Positions 17,778-27,888 of a stretch of DNA of 60,021 bases are shown here, piece after piece. The notes under the pieces are model-generated. The model did not search any database. It saw nothing but the letters and a program-made list of their open reading frames with translations, and had not been told where the DNA came from. The position numbers were made by a program, and so were the translations under genes. The DNA is taken from contig JBBRRY010000025.1 in the NCBI GenBank assembly GCA_038245905.1, positions 1-60,021 of the forward strand, given 5' to 3'. Position 1 is the stretch's first letter. The number at the start of each line of letters is the position of its first letter. The stretch comes from Thermoanaerobaculia bacterium (GTDB taxonomy: Bacteria > Acidobacteriota > Thermoanaerobaculia > UBA5066).

Positions 17778-18722
17778 TCAGATGGTCTTGGCGCCGCCCC
17801 TATACCAGTCGATTGTCCGGCGAAGGCCCTCCAGAAGGGGGATCTTCGAATGCCAGCTGAACTGAGCCTCCGCCCTCGTGACGTCGAGCTTCCGCCGCGG
17901 CTGGCCGTTCGGCTTCGAGGCGTCCCACCGGATGCCGCCGCCGAATCCGGCTTCCCTCGCGACGAGCGACGCGAGATCCCGGATCGAGATCTCCTCGCCC
18001 GATCCGAGATTCACGGGTGCGACGCCGTCGTACCGCTCCGCGGCCGCGAGAATTCCTTCGGCCGCGTCCTCCACGTAAAGGAACTCGCGCGTCGGCGAGC
18101 CGTCGCCCCACAGGACGACCTCACGCGCTCCGGTCTCGTGCGCCTCGAGAAACTTGCGGATCATCGCCGGAATGACGTGCGAGGTCTCGAGGTCGAAATG
18201 GTCCCCGGGGCCGTAGAGGTTCACCGGGAGTAGGTAGATCCCCGGAAAGCCGTACTCCTCGCGGTACGCCTGGAGCTGAACGAGGAGCATCTTCTTCGCG
18301 AGGCCGTACGGCGCGTTCGTCTCCTCGGGGTAGCCGTTCCAAAGATCATCCTCACGAAACGGCACGGGCGTGAACTTCGGGTACGCGCAGATCGTCCCGA
18401 GGCAGACGAACTTCCCGACTCCGGAGCGCCGCGCCTCCTCGATGAGCTGGATCCCCATGATCGCGTTCTCGTAAAAGAAAAGGCCTGGGTGCGAACGGTT
18501 CGCGCCGATGCCTCCGACGACCGCCGCGGCGTGGAGGATCAGGTCAGGCTTCTCTTTCGCGAGATACCTCCTTACGTCATCGCGTTCGCGGAGGTCGAGC
18601 TCTGAAGCGCGCGGTGCAAGGATCTTCGCGGGCGCGCGGTGTGTGAGGGCCGTCACGAGAGTCCGTCCGAGGAACCCGCCGCCCCCCGTGACGAGAACCC
18701 GGCGGCCGTTCCAGAAATCCAC
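17778..18722 (-). CDS. fcl: GDP-L-fucose synthase
   Basis: [47 protein letters not shown]. Confidence 0.93.
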   Translation of the reverse strand: MDFWNGRRVLVTGGGGFLGRTLVTALTHRAPAKILAPRASELDLRERDDVRRYLAKEKPDLILHAAAVVGGIGANRSHPGLFFYENAIMGIQLIEEARRSGVGKFVCLGTICAYPKFTPVPFREDDLWNGYPEETNAPYGLAKKMLLVQLQAYREEYGFPGIYLLPVNLYGPGDHFDLETSHVIPAMIRKFLEAHETGAREVVLWGDGSPTREFLYVEDAAEGILAAAERYDGVAPVNLGSGEEISIRDLASLVAREAGFGGGIRWDASKPNGQPRRKLDVTRAEAQFSWHSKIPLLEGLRRTIDWYRGGAKTI

Positions 18723-18860
18723 GGTGGAAGTGTAGCGGCAACGTCATCTTTCGGATTTCCGCCGCGTCGAAGCTCGTGGGAAGCTTCGCGGCGCCGCCAC
18801 TCCGGAGGGACGCTGTCGACGGCCCGGAGGTTGCGTCATTCGAAACTCAGAGAGGTTTTC

Positions 18861-20267
18861 ATGCCCCTTGTGAAGGTTTGCGCCGCCGTTCGATTCCCTC
18901 TTGCCGCTGTCGTACTCGCCGTCGCCGGGGGCGCGGGCTCGGCCGACGTCGTCATCCCCTCGTCGGCGTTCTCGAGCGGCCAGAACCAGGCCGAGTTCCA
19001 CTCCGACGTGCGCGTCTTTAACCCGACGAACAGCCCGGTGAACGTCACACCGGTCTTCTACAACCAAGCGAACGGAGAGACCGTCGCGGCGCCCGCGCCC
19101 GGCTTCTTGACCGTGCCCGCGCGCGGACAGGTCGCCTTCGACAACATCCTCGCGACGCTCTTTCTGCAGCCCAAGGGCGTCTTCGGGCCGATTCGCTTTC
19201 AGACGGCGGCGCCGATCATCGTCTCGTCGAGCGTCAACAACGTGAACTCGTGTGGAAACGGGGCAACCTCGGGCCAATGGCTCCCGGGAATCGACGTCGG
19301 GCAGGCCCTGAAGACGGGAACGCTCGTGCAGCTCGCCGCGAGTGCGGACGGGGCTTCGGGCTACCGTTCGAACGTCGTCTTCATGAATCCCGGCGCTCTG
19401 ACCGCAAACGTGACGACGAAGCTCCGCAACGGGGACGGCACGCTCGTCGGTGCCGCCGTCACGCTCGATCCCCTCACCGCGAACGGCTTCAAGCAGATCG
19501 GGACGCTCTCCGCCTGGCTCCCCAGCCCGAACACGATCACCGACACGAACCTATGGCTCGAGTTCGCGAGCGACCAGCCCGTCCTCTCGTTCGCGTCGGT
19601 CATCAACAACAAATCCGGAGACCCTTTCGCGATCGTCATGACCGCCGAGCCGAACGTCTCGGCGCCCGTCCCCGTCGCGTCCTATACCGTCTCCGCCAGC
19701 CCCACGACCGGTCAGCCGGTCACGTTCACCGACACGTCCACGAACGCGCCGGCGACGCAGCTCTGGGCGTTCGGAGACGGCACGACGGCGACGTCCGGCG
19801 CGACGGTGCAGCGCACCTACTCCGCTGCGGGGACCTACAGGACGGCGCACTTCGTCTCGAACGCCGGCGGAACGTCGGCCGCCGCGAAGGACGTCGTCGT
19901 CGTGACGGCCGCTCCGATCACCATCACGATCTCGGCGACTTCGACGAACAACACGCTTTGGACGTTCGTTCCGAATGACGTGCAGCTGAGAGTGGGTCAG
20001 GCCTACAAGCTGACCTGGACAACGCCGCAATCGGAGGGAAAGACCCACGGGGTCGTCCCGATCGGTCTCCTCGGCATCACCCAATGCGACGACGGCCAGA
20101 TGCTCATCACGGCATCGCATCCGTGCGTCGTGACGTTCACGCCGACCGCCGCCATGCTCACGACGTTTGGCGGCCCCAAATACGACTATTCGTGCTCACA
20201 GACGCAATGCGCGCCTGGGCCAAAGGAGCACAACGGTATGACGGGAACGATCACGATCGTCCCCTGA
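18861..20267 (+). CDS. Secreted protein: unknown N-terminal domains + PKD + C-terminal cupredoxin-like domain
   Basis: RBS GAGG, signal peptide, PKD (FTDTST, WAFGDG), THG...YSCSQTQC..HNGMTGTITI. Confidence 0.75.
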   Translation: MPLVKVCAAVRFPLAAVVLAVAGGAGSADVVIPSSAFSSGQNQAEFHSDVRVFNPTNSPVNVTPVFYNQANGETVAAPAPGFLTVPARGQVAFDNILATLFLQPKGVFGPIRFQTAAPIIVSSSVNNVNSCGNGATSGQWLPGIDVGQALKTGTLVQLAASADGASGYRSNVVFMNPGALTANVTTKLRNGDGTLVGAAVTLDPLTANGFKQIGTLSAWLPSPNTITDTNLWLEFASDQPVLSFASVINNKSGDPFAIVMTAEPNVSAPVPVASYTVSASPTTGQPVTFTDTSTNAPATQLWAFGDGTTATSGATVQRTYSAAGTYRTAHFVSNAGGTSAAAKDVVVVTAAPITITISATSTNNTLWTFVPNDVQLRVGQAYKLTWTTPQSEGKTHGVVPIGLLGITQCDDGQMLITASHPCVVTFTPTAAMLTTFGGPKYDYSCSQTQCAPGPKEHNGMTGTITIVP

Positions 20268-20270
20268 GCT

Positions 20271-21203
20271 TCACGTCTCTCTTTCTTCCCACCGGCACGC
20301 ACTCGCCCTCTTGTCGCGCCGGAGCCCGAGAAAAGACGGCTGCCGGAGACGTTGGTCCGCCGTCCATTCCGCGTAGGCCACCTGCGCCACGAGGCGCGGT
20401 TCCACCCACACGGCGTCCTTCGCCTCCTTCGGAACGGCCGAGAACGGACACATCTCCCGCACGAGCGGCTGGAGCTCCTCGAGAAGCCGGAGGAGCGTCT
20501 TTTCCGAGAAGCCCGTCCCGACGGCGCCGCAGAAGCGCAGGACCTTTCCATCGAAGAGTCCGACGAGGAGCGCCCCGAAGTGGACACGCGCGCTCTTCGG
20601 CAGCGTGAAGCCGCCGATCACGAACTCGGCCTCGCGCCGGGCCTTCACCTTGAGCCAGCGCAGCGAACGGCGCCCCTCCTCGTAGCGCGAGGAAAGGTCC
20701 TTTCCGACGATGCCCTCCCAGCCTTCCGTCACCGCGCGCCGGAACGCGGCATCTCCGTCCGGACCGAGGCGCGCGGAGAGGGCGAGCGGCTTTTTCGGAT
20801 GCCGCCCGAGAAGCGCCTCGAGGGCGATGCGCCGCAGGGCAAGCGGCTCGGTCACGAGGCTCGCGCCGTCTTTCTCGAGGCAGTCGAAGAGGATGAGGCT
20901 CGTCGGCCGGGCACCCGCTTCCCCCCGTTTTTGAAGCAGGGAGAACTCCGGCACGCCGCTCTTCCCGAAGACGACGAGCTCACCGTCCACGACGAAGTCC
21001 CCGCCCGGAAGCAACGCGAGGGCCGCGGCGATGCCAGGCTCGCCCTTCGTCAGGTCGAGGCCGTTCCGCGACGAGAGGACCACGCGGCCCGCGGCGCGCC
21101 GGGCGAGGACGCGCCAGCCGTCGTACTTGGGCTCGAAACTCCAGCCCGCGCGCGTGAACGGCGCGTCCACGCGCGTCGCGAGCATCGGCTTCCGGGTCGC
21201 CAT
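20271..21203 (-). CDS. ATP-dependent DNA ligase (stand-alone LigD/LigC-type ligase domain)
   Basis: PMLA, EPKYDGWR, VDGELV, EGIVGK, WLKVK, LRQPSFLGLRRDK. Confidence 0.9.
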   Translation of the reverse strand: MATRKPMLATRVDAPFTRAGWSFEPKYDGWRVLARRAAGRVVLSSRNGLDLTKGEPGIAAALALLPGGDFVVDGELVVFGKSGVPEFSLLQKRGEAGARPTSLILFDCLEKDGASLVTEPLALRRIALEALLGRHPKKPLALSARLGPDGDAAFRRAVTEGWEGIVGKDLSSRYEEGRRSLRWLKVKARREAEFVIGGFTLPKSARVHFGALLVGLFDGKVLRFCGAVGTGFSEKTLLRLLEELQPLVREMCPFSAVPKEAKDAVWVEPRLVAQVAYAEWTADQRLRQPSFLGLRRDKRASACRWEERET

Positions 21204-21225
21204 GTCGCGCAGCTTAGAATGATGA

Positions 21226-22623
21226 TCACCCGAACAGCCGGTCAATCGGCGCGTAGACGCCGTCCTTCGCGTTTGGCACGTACTCGAAGCCGCGGCCGAG
21301 CGGGTCGTCGTGGCGCACGATCGTCCAGTCGATCCCGAGCGCGGAGTAGATCGTGCAGGCGACGTCCTCCACGCGCAATTCGGTGCGACCCGACACGCCC
21401 GAGTCGATAATCGTGGCGCCCGTCGCGTCGGTCGCGCCGACGACCTGTCCGCCCTTGACGCCCCCGCCCGCGAAGAGAACCGTGTTGTTCGCGAAATGAT
21501 CGCGCCCCGCCTGGCCGTTGAGCGTCCCGACGGTCCGCCCAAACTCTCCGGCGACCACGACGAGCGTGTCGTCGAGAAGGGACTTGCCGGGGGTGGAGCC
21601 GGCGGCGGCCTTCAGGTCCGCGAAGAGCGCCGCAAGACCATTGTCGAGCTGCGGGCAGACGCCATAGAGGCTGCTATTCGCGCCCTTCGTGTAGATGCCG
21701 CTGTGCATGTCCCAGTTGCCGAGCGTCACCTGCACGAATCGCACTCCCCGTTTGCCCGCCAGGAGCTGCTTCGCCACGAGACAGGAATTTCCGAACGCCG
21801 TCGTGCCATAGCGCGCGCTGTCCGCAGTCGAATACGAAAACAGGGCATTCACGTCCGGGCTGTCCATGAGGACCTTCGCCTGGTCGTAGAAGCCCGCGGC
21901 ATCCGAGGCGTCCTTGCCGATCGGCTGTCCGCTGCGGAGCTTGCCGTCGAGGCTCTCTAGGTCGTTCCAGCGCAAGGCGAAGCGGGCCGATCCGTCGGGG
22001 TGCGTCAGCGACGGCAGGCCCGAAGCCGTCGGCTGCACTGAGAACGGCGAGTGGGTCGAGGGAAGGTATCCGGACCCCGAGATCCCGCCCGTGTTCAACG
22101 CCACGAACGCGGGCAGGACGTCTGTCGCCACCTTCTTCGGCGCGAGCTCGAGCGCCGTGATGGCCCCGAGGTGCGGCGCGATCGCACCCGTGGCACCCGT
22201 GGGGTTTCGGGCGATCTGGACCCATGTCTGTCCGAGTCCATGGACGAGCGCCGAGGACCTGACGGAGCGGACGATCGAAAAATCCGCCAGCGCGCCCCCA
22301 AGCTTCGGCAGGAGGCCGGCGGGCCATCTCACTCCCGCGCCCATGCTCGTGGGCGCGAAATCAGACGGCAGCCAGGCGCCTTCCTTCAGATCCCACATGT
22401 CGACCTGGCTCGGAGCGCCCGGAAGGAAGACGAAGATCACGTTCTTCGCCGAGCCCTTCGGCGTGACCGCGAGAGATGCCGATTCGGCCCACGCCGCGCG
22501 TGGCCGGAGGAACCAGGACGCCACGAGGCCTCCCGCGCCGAGCTCCAGAAATCCCCGGCGCGAGAGGCCGGGCCCGTCGTAGGGCGACGAGACGGGGAGG
22601 ACCTGCGGAAGCGTGGATTTCAT
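21226..22623 (-). CDS. DUF1501 domain protein (planctomycete-type) with Tat signal
   Basis: LSRRGFL; FLPGAPSQVDMWD, WDMH, GEFGRT, GRDH. Confidence 0.88.
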   Translation of the reverse strand: MKSTLPQVLPVSSPYDGPGLSRRGFLELGAGGLVASWFLRPRAAWAESASLAVTPKGSAKNVIFVFLPGAPSQVDMWDLKEGAWLPSDFAPTSMGAGVRWPAGLLPKLGGALADFSIVRSVRSSALVHGLGQTWVQIARNPTGATGAIAPHLGAITALELAPKKVATDVLPAFVALNTGGISGSGYLPSTHSPFSVQPTASGLPSLTHPDGSARFALRWNDLESLDGKLRSGQPIGKDASDAAGFYDQAKVLMDSPDVNALFSYSTADSARYGTTAFGNSCLVAKQLLAGKRGVRFVQVTLGNWDMHSGIYTKGANSSLYGVCPQLDNGLAALFADLKAAAGSTPGKSLLDDTLVVVAGEFGRTVGTLNGQAGRDHFANNTVLFAGGGVKGGQVVGATDATGATIIDSGVSGRTELRVEDVACTIYSALGIDWTIVRHDDPLGRGFEYVPNAKDGVYAPIDRLFG

Positions 22624-22631
22624 GGTCCGCC

Positions 22632-24629
22632 TCAGTAGTTGAAGATGAAGTCGATCTTGTTGAGAAGCGTGAACTGCAGGTCTTCGGCCACGGTCGTCTT
22701 CGTCTGCCCGGCCTGGAGGCTCGAGAACAGCGCGACTCCCTTCGCGAGCTCGTCGACGGACGGGTTTCGTGAAAGCGTATTCACGTAAAGCGTCTGGACG
22801 ATCGCCGTCGGCGTCGCGGTCGCCGCGATCAGCTTGTTCACGGCCGACCCCGTCGCGCTGCTTTTCGTGCGGGGAATGACGACGGCGGAGTCGTTCATCA
22901 AAGAGAGCGCCTGCGAGATCGAGAACTGGCTCGAGCGCGGCTCGGTGTCGCGGTCGCCGCGCATGAACGTGTTGAGGAAATTGCGGATGGAGGCGGATGT
23001 TGGCTCGTTGATGTCGGGCAGCTGACCCGCCCACGCGACCGGGCTCGCGGCGCCGGCGACGGCGAGGCTCGCCGGAACGTTCGTGGCCTTCGTGATCGCG
23101 TCGAACAGCTCCTCCGCTCTCAGGCGCCGCGGAAAGTGGCGCGCGAACAGCATCGTCGACGCGTCGTTCCACGTCCCCGGATAGAAGGACGAGAGCTGGT
23201 AGGCGCTCGACTTCGCCATGACGCCGAGGATGTAGCGAAGGTCGAAGCCGTGCCCGGCGAAGTCGTTCGCGAGACGCGTCAGGAGATTCGGATGCGTCGG
23301 CTGAATCGTCCAGGCGCCCGGAGGCGGCGTCGCCGGGTCCTGCCGGAAAAGATCGAAGCCGTCCGCCGGCTCCACGATCCCGAGCGTGAACATCTCTTTC
23401 CAAAGCGTATTCACCGTCGCGCGCGCGAACTGGGGATCGGCCGTCAGGATGCGGCCCATGGCGGCCCGATAGACCTCGCCGGGCTGCGGCTGCCCACCCG
23501 AGGGATTCGTCGGCGTCTTGAGGTAGGAGGGCGCTATCTGCGTCATGCCCGCGGGAATCGTCGTGTAGTACGCGCTCGTCCGGTCCGTCTTGTTTCCGGT
23601 CGTGGTGTTGAGCCGATAGTCGGGAAGCGTCGCGTCGTCGGAAACGGTGTAGGTGTAATCGGAAATCTGCGTTCCAGATCGCGGCATCCGGACCTTCGCG
23701 AAAAAGGCCGACATGCCCCAGAAGTCCTGGCGACGAACGGTCGAGCCCCAGAGGTTGATGGAATCGAGATGTCCGGCACCGTTGTGGCAGGAGGTACAGA
23801 AGACCGCGTTCGTGCCGAGGAATGCCGAGCCCATGTTCGCGCCGAGGTTGTCGTACGTGTCCTGAGAGGGACCGTTCTGCTGGATGTTCCGGACGGCGAA
23901 GTTCGCCTGTCCGTTCACCGTGTTCAGCCCCGCGCCCGCGATCAGCTCCCGTGCGACGAGGTCGTAGGGCTTCTTCGCCCGGAGGGCGTCGACGAAATAG
24001 GCATGCAGGGCGTTCCGGCCCGTGAAGTAAAGCTGGCCGCTGTCCGCGTTCGACGTGTTGCGGAAGACGTCGTCGAAAAACTGCGCCCACCGGTCGACGA
24101 ACGCATCCGAAGCGAGGAGCGCGTCGATCATCCGGCTGCGCTTGTCGGCAGATGGATCCGCGAGGAACGCCGTCACGGCTGCCGCGTCGGGGATGCGGCC
24201 GGTCAGATCGAGCGTGGCGCGGCGTAGGAATTCCGCGTCCGAGGACGGCGGGGCGGGTGTCACCTTCGCGGCGTCCATCGCCCCGAAGATCTCCTCGTCG
24301 ACGTAGTTCGTAAGGACGCGCCGGGCGTGGCTGACGACCCCCGTGAGCCCTGCCGAGGAGACGCCCGCCGCCGGGTGTGACACGGCAAACGCCCGTGTGA
24401 CGCGCGACACGGACGCGCGCCGTTCCCGCCCGTCCGGATCGGCGTGAGACGCCACGAACGCGCAGTCCGAGGAGGACGCCAAGGACCCCGCCGCGCTCAC
24501 CAAGTCGTTTTCGCGCTGCGCGTTAGACGCCTCTCCGCCAACCTCGGCCGCGCGGGCAAGGGAGCTCCCGGGCCGTACGGCCGCGAGAAGCACGAGAATG
24601 GCGACGGCTGGGCGCTGGCGCGAGCTCAT
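22632..24629 (-). CDS. DUF1549/DUF1553 domain protein with CxxCH
   Basis: SDAEFLRRATLDLTGRIP, CTSCH, PTHPNLL, SSAYQLSS, RRLRAEELFDAI, QALSLMN. Confidence 0.88.
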   Translation of the reverse strand: MSSRQRPAVAILVLLAAVRPGSSLARAAEVGGEASNAQRENDLVSAAGSLASSSDCAFVASHADPDGRERRASVSRVTRAFAVSHPAAGVSSAGLTGVVSHARRVLTNYVDEEIFGAMDAAKVTPAPPSSDAEFLRRATLDLTGRIPDAAAVTAFLADPSADKRSRMIDALLASDAFVDRWAQFFDDVFRNTSNADSGQLYFTGRNALHAYFVDALRAKKPYDLVARELIAGAGLNTVNGQANFAVRNIQQNGPSQDTYDNLGANMGSAFLGTNAVFCTSCHNGAGHLDSINLWGSTVRRQDFWGMSAFFAKVRMPRSGTQISDYTYTVSDDATLPDYRLNTTTGNKTDRTSAYYTTIPAGMTQIAPSYLKTPTNPSGGQPQPGEVYRAAMGRILTADPQFARATVNTLWKEMFTLGIVEPADGFDLFRQDPATPPPGAWTIQPTHPNLLTRLANDFAGHGFDLRYILGVMAKSSAYQLSSFYPGTWNDASTMLFARHFPRRLRAEELFDAITKATNVPASLAVAGAASPVAWAGQLPDINEPTSASIRNFLNTFMRGDRDTEPRSSQFSISQALSLMNDSAVVIPRTKSSATGSAVNKLIAATATPTAIVQTLYVNTLSRNPSVDELAKGVALFSSLQAGQTKTTVAEDLQFTLLNKIDFIFNY

Positions 24630-24760
24630 GCGCGAATCCTCCAAAGATGAGATTCAGACGGGTTCGAACCGTGGAAAGTTTACGTCCGGAGACCGAGGTT
24701 GCACGGATCGGCCCCGAAGTTGCTACCCTACGCGGCAGCCCGCCCAGCCGGCACGAGCGC

Positions 24761-26284
24761 ATGAACCTGGAACGCCTTCGCCAACGCTTCTTCGAGGGGC
24801 TGACCCGATACCGATGGCAGGAGACCGTCGGGCGCGGCGGCATGGGGATCGTCTTCAAGGCGCAGGATCTGGACCTCGACGACGTCGTCGCCATCAAGGT
24901 TCTGTCGCCCGACTGGGAGACCGACGACCAGCAGCTTCTGCTGCGGTTCAAGCGCGAGATCAACCTCAACCGGAAGATCAAGCACCCGAACGTGGCGCGC
25001 ATCCACGACTTCGGGATGAGCAACGACTTCCCCTACATCACGATGGAGTACGTGCCGGGCCACGACCTGCGCACGATCATCCAGATGGAAGGAAAACTCC
25101 CGCAGGGGCGCGCCATCTCGATTCTCCGGCAGATCGCGCTTGGGACCGAAGCGGCGCACAAGCTCGGCATCATCCATCGCGATCTCAAGTCGCAGAACGT
25201 GATGCTCGAGGACAACGGGGCCGTTGCCATTCTGGATTTCGGCCTCGCACGCGGAAAGTCGAATGAGCAGCTGACGCTCGACAGCGTCATGGTGGGAACG
25301 CCGCATTACATGTCACCGGAACAGGCGCTTGGGAGGCCCACCGACGCGCGCAGCGACGTCTACTCGATCGGCGTCATGGCGTACGAGCTCCTGACCGGCA
25401 AGGTGCCCTTCGACGGCGAGTCGCCGCTCGTGATCGCGATGAAGCACGTCTCGGAACCGCCGCCCGACGACCTGCGCAAGATGACGACCGTCTCGTCCGA
25501 GCTCATCGCGATCGTCTACAAGGCGCTCGCGAAAGAACCGGCTCACCGTTTCGCGACGGCGGCCGATCTCGAGGCCGAGCTCGCCATGCTCCGCCCCTTC
25601 GAGTCCGGGCAGGTGGCGGTGGTTACCGGTCCCCACGTGAGTGTCGCGACGCAGACTGCTACGCCTCCGAGCGCACCGGGCGCTCCCCTCGACGCGCCTT
25701 TAGGGCGCGGGACGCATCCCGAGCTCGGCGCGATGGCGACCCCCGTCATGCCGACTCCGGCGCTCCCCGTCGGCTCAGGCGGGTTACCCGTCGTCGAAAT
25801 CAAGAACCGCCCGCCCGTCATTCTCCTCGTCGAGGGCGACGCGAAGGAACGCAAGCGCCTCGCCGACGTCCTCGGGCGGCACGGCTGCCGGGCGCTCGAG
25901 GCCAAGGACGGGCCCGAGGCTCTCCAGCGGCTGCTGCAAGACACCGTCGACCTCGTCCTCATGGACGTGGCGTTGCCGGGCATGGACGGCTTCGACGTCA
26001 CGCGTGTCATCAAGGCCCAGGCCTCGTCGACCGCCCTGCCCGTCGTCCTCACCTCGGCTCGCCTCGACCGCAGTCATTTCGCGTTCGCGATCCAGACGGG
26101 CGCAACCGACGTCCTCGCCAAGCCGCTCCAGTCCGAGGCCGTCGTCGGCAGGCTGTGGCACATCCTCACGCACCACGGCTTCCAGCCGCCCGCGGGCAAC
26201 GAGCCCGTGCTCACCGCGATGAAGAAGACGCTCCCCTCGGCCATGACGCCGCCTTCCGCCCCGGGCAAGAGCAGCATCCGTTAG
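24761..26284 (+). CDS. Hanks-type Ser/Thr kinase fused to a C-terminal receiver domain
   Basis: GRGGMG, VAIK, HRDLKSQN, DFG, YMSPE; Pro-rich linker; LVLMDVALPGMDG..KP. Confidence 0.9.
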   Translation: MNLERLRQRFFEGLTRYRWQETVGRGGMGIVFKAQDLDLDDVVAIKVLSPDWETDDQQLLLRFKREINLNRKIKHPNVARIHDFGMSNDFPYITMEYVPGHDLRTIIQMEGKLPQGRAISILRQIALGTEAAHKLGIIHRDLKSQNVMLEDNGAVAILDFGLARGKSNEQLTLDSVMVGTPHYMSPEQALGRPTDARSDVYSIGVMAYELLTGKVPFDGESPLVIAMKHVSEPPPDDLRKMTTVSSELIAIVYKALAKEPAHRFATAADLEAELAMLRPFESGQVAVVTGPHVSVATQTATPPSAPGAPLDAPLGRGTHPELGAMATPVMPTPALPVGSGGLPVVEIKNRPPVILLVEGDAKERKRLADVLGRHGCRALEAKDGPEALQRLLQDTVDLVLMDVALPGMDGFDVTRVIKAQASSTALPVVLTSARLDRSHFAFAIQTGATDVLAKPLQSEAVVGRLWHILTHHGFQPPAGNEPVLTAMKKTLPSAMTPPSAPGKSSIR

Positions 26285-26308
26285 GGAGACGCCCGGACAA
26301 CCAGAAGA

Positions 26309-26989
26309 TCAGAGAAGGGGCTTGAGATCGCGGAGCCTCGTCACGAAGACGACGGGTTCGGGCGCACCCCTGCCGTGGCGGTCGAACAGGATCGGAAACC
26401 AGCCCGCCGCTTTCGCGCCTACGACGTCCGTGGCGAATGAGTCGCCCACGTAAACCCGGCGGCGAGCTCCCCCGCCGGCGGCGCTCGCCGCCGCATCGAA
26501 GATGACGCGCGACGGCTTCATCGCCCCGACGTCTTCCGAGAGGACCACGTGGCGCGCCCATCGATCGAGACCGAACCGGGCGATCTTGGCCCGCTGCGTC
26601 TCCCGGAAACCGTTCGACAGGATCCCCACGACCCCCTCCCGTGACGCGTGCTCCAGGACGTCCTCCGCGCCCTCGATGAGCCGCCAGTTGCGGCCATACG
26701 CGTCCCAGTACGAATTCCCCACGGCGACGCCGTGCGCGACGTCGAGGCCGAGGTCGGCGAGCGGCAGTGCGAACCGCCGCGCCGTGAGCGTCGGGCGGTC
26801 GATCGTCCCCTCTCCATACTCGTGCCAGAGCCGCAGGTTGTTCCGGCGATAGGTGGAGAGCCAGTCCTCGAACGCGATCTCCCCGAAGAGCGCGTGGTGC
26901 GCTGCATGCGTCTCGCGATGCGCGCCCTCCTCGGCCGCGTGATGGTCGACGAGCGTGTCGTCGAGATCAAAAAAAAAGAGAGGCTTCAA
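26309..26989 (-). CDS. HAD-superfamily hydrolase (YjjG-like nucleotidase)
   Basis: FDLDDTL, LSNG, KPS, YVGDSFATDVVGA; TTG start inferred. Confidence 0.85.
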   Translation of the reverse strand: MKPLFFFDLDDTLVDHHAAEEGAHRETHAAHHALFGEIAFEDWLSTYRRNNLRLWHEYGEGTIDRPTLTARRFALPLADLGLDVAHGVAVGNSYWDAYGRNWRLIEGAEDVLEHASREGVVGILSNGFRETQRAKIARFGLDRWARHVVLSEDVGAMKPSRVIFDAAASAAGGGARRRVYVGDSFATDVVGAKAAGWFPILFDRHGRGAPEPVVFVTRLRDLKPLL

Positions 26990-27002
26990 ACGGGCCGCGG
27001 CT

Positions 27003-27878
27003 TCAAACCCCGGCCGGGTGCCACGTCGTCTTGATCTCGAGGAATGGCTCGAGCGCGGCAAGACCCTCGGACTTTCGCGCGTCGAACCAGTCCGCGGGCT
27101 TCGTGGCCTTCGGGCGCGAGATCCGGCGCACGCGGTCGGCCGCCTCGACTTCCACGAGGACGCCCAGCTTCGTGTCCAAAGAGCCCTCGTCGATCGCGTC
27201 CACCTCGCGGTGCGTCGCGAGCGCCGGCACGAGCTCGCTCTTCTTCCCCGAGAGCAGGTTCACGACGCCGGACGGAATGTCGCTCGTGCTCACCACCTCT
27301 CCGAAGAGAAGCGCGGGAATCGGCGTCTTCTCCGGGCCGATCGCGACAACCGTGTTCCCGGAGACCATGGCGGCCGCGACGCGGGACACGAGTGGCAGAA
27401 GCGACGGCGCTTCGGGACAGATCACGCCAACGACTCCCGTGGGCTCGGGCGTCGAAAAATTGAAGTAGGGTGCGGCCACGGGGTTCACGGTGCCGAGCAC
27501 CGCGCCGATCTTGTCGGCCCAGCCCGCGAAATGGACGAGACGATCGACGGCCGTCGCAACCTCGCGTTTCGCGGGCGCCGCCGCGGCGCCGGTGGACCGC
27601 CGGATCGCGTCGACGAACTCCGCCGAGCGCTCTTCCAGCATTTCGGCGGCGCGGTAGAGGATCTGCCCCCGGTTGTAGGCCGTCTTCCCCGCCCAGCCCG
27701 GAAACGCCCCACGCGCCGCCTTCACGGCGTCGCGCACGTCCTTGCGCGATCCCAGGGGGACGTGCGCAAGAAAGGCGCCGCGCTCCCCGGTCGCGGCGTA
27801 CGCGCGCCCGGACTCCGTGCGCACGAACGCGCCCCCCACGAGGAGCTTGTACGTCTTCCGGACCTCGAGGCGCGTCAC
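27003..27878 (-). CDS. Short aldehyde dehydrogenase-family protein (partner of the deoC-linked ALDH)
   Basis: KTYKLLVGGAFVRTESGR, AYNRGQILYR, EIKTTWHP; lacks the catalytic domain. Confidence 0.88.
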   Translation of the reverse strand: MTRLEVRKTYKLLVGGAFVRTESGRAYAATGERGAFLAHVPLGSRKDVRDAVKAARGAFPGWAGKTAYNRGQILYRAAEMLEERSAEFVDAIRRSTGAAAAPAKREVATAVDRLVHFAGWADKIGAVLGTVNPVAAPYFNFSTPEPTGVVGVICPEAPSLLPLVSRVAAAMVSGNTVVAIGPEKTPIPALLFGEVVSTSDIPSGVVNLLSGKKSELVPALATHREVDAIDEGSLDTKLGVLVEVEAADRVRRISRPKATKPADWFDARKSEGLAALEPFLEIKTTWHPAGV

Positions 27879-27888
27879 GGCAGCGATT

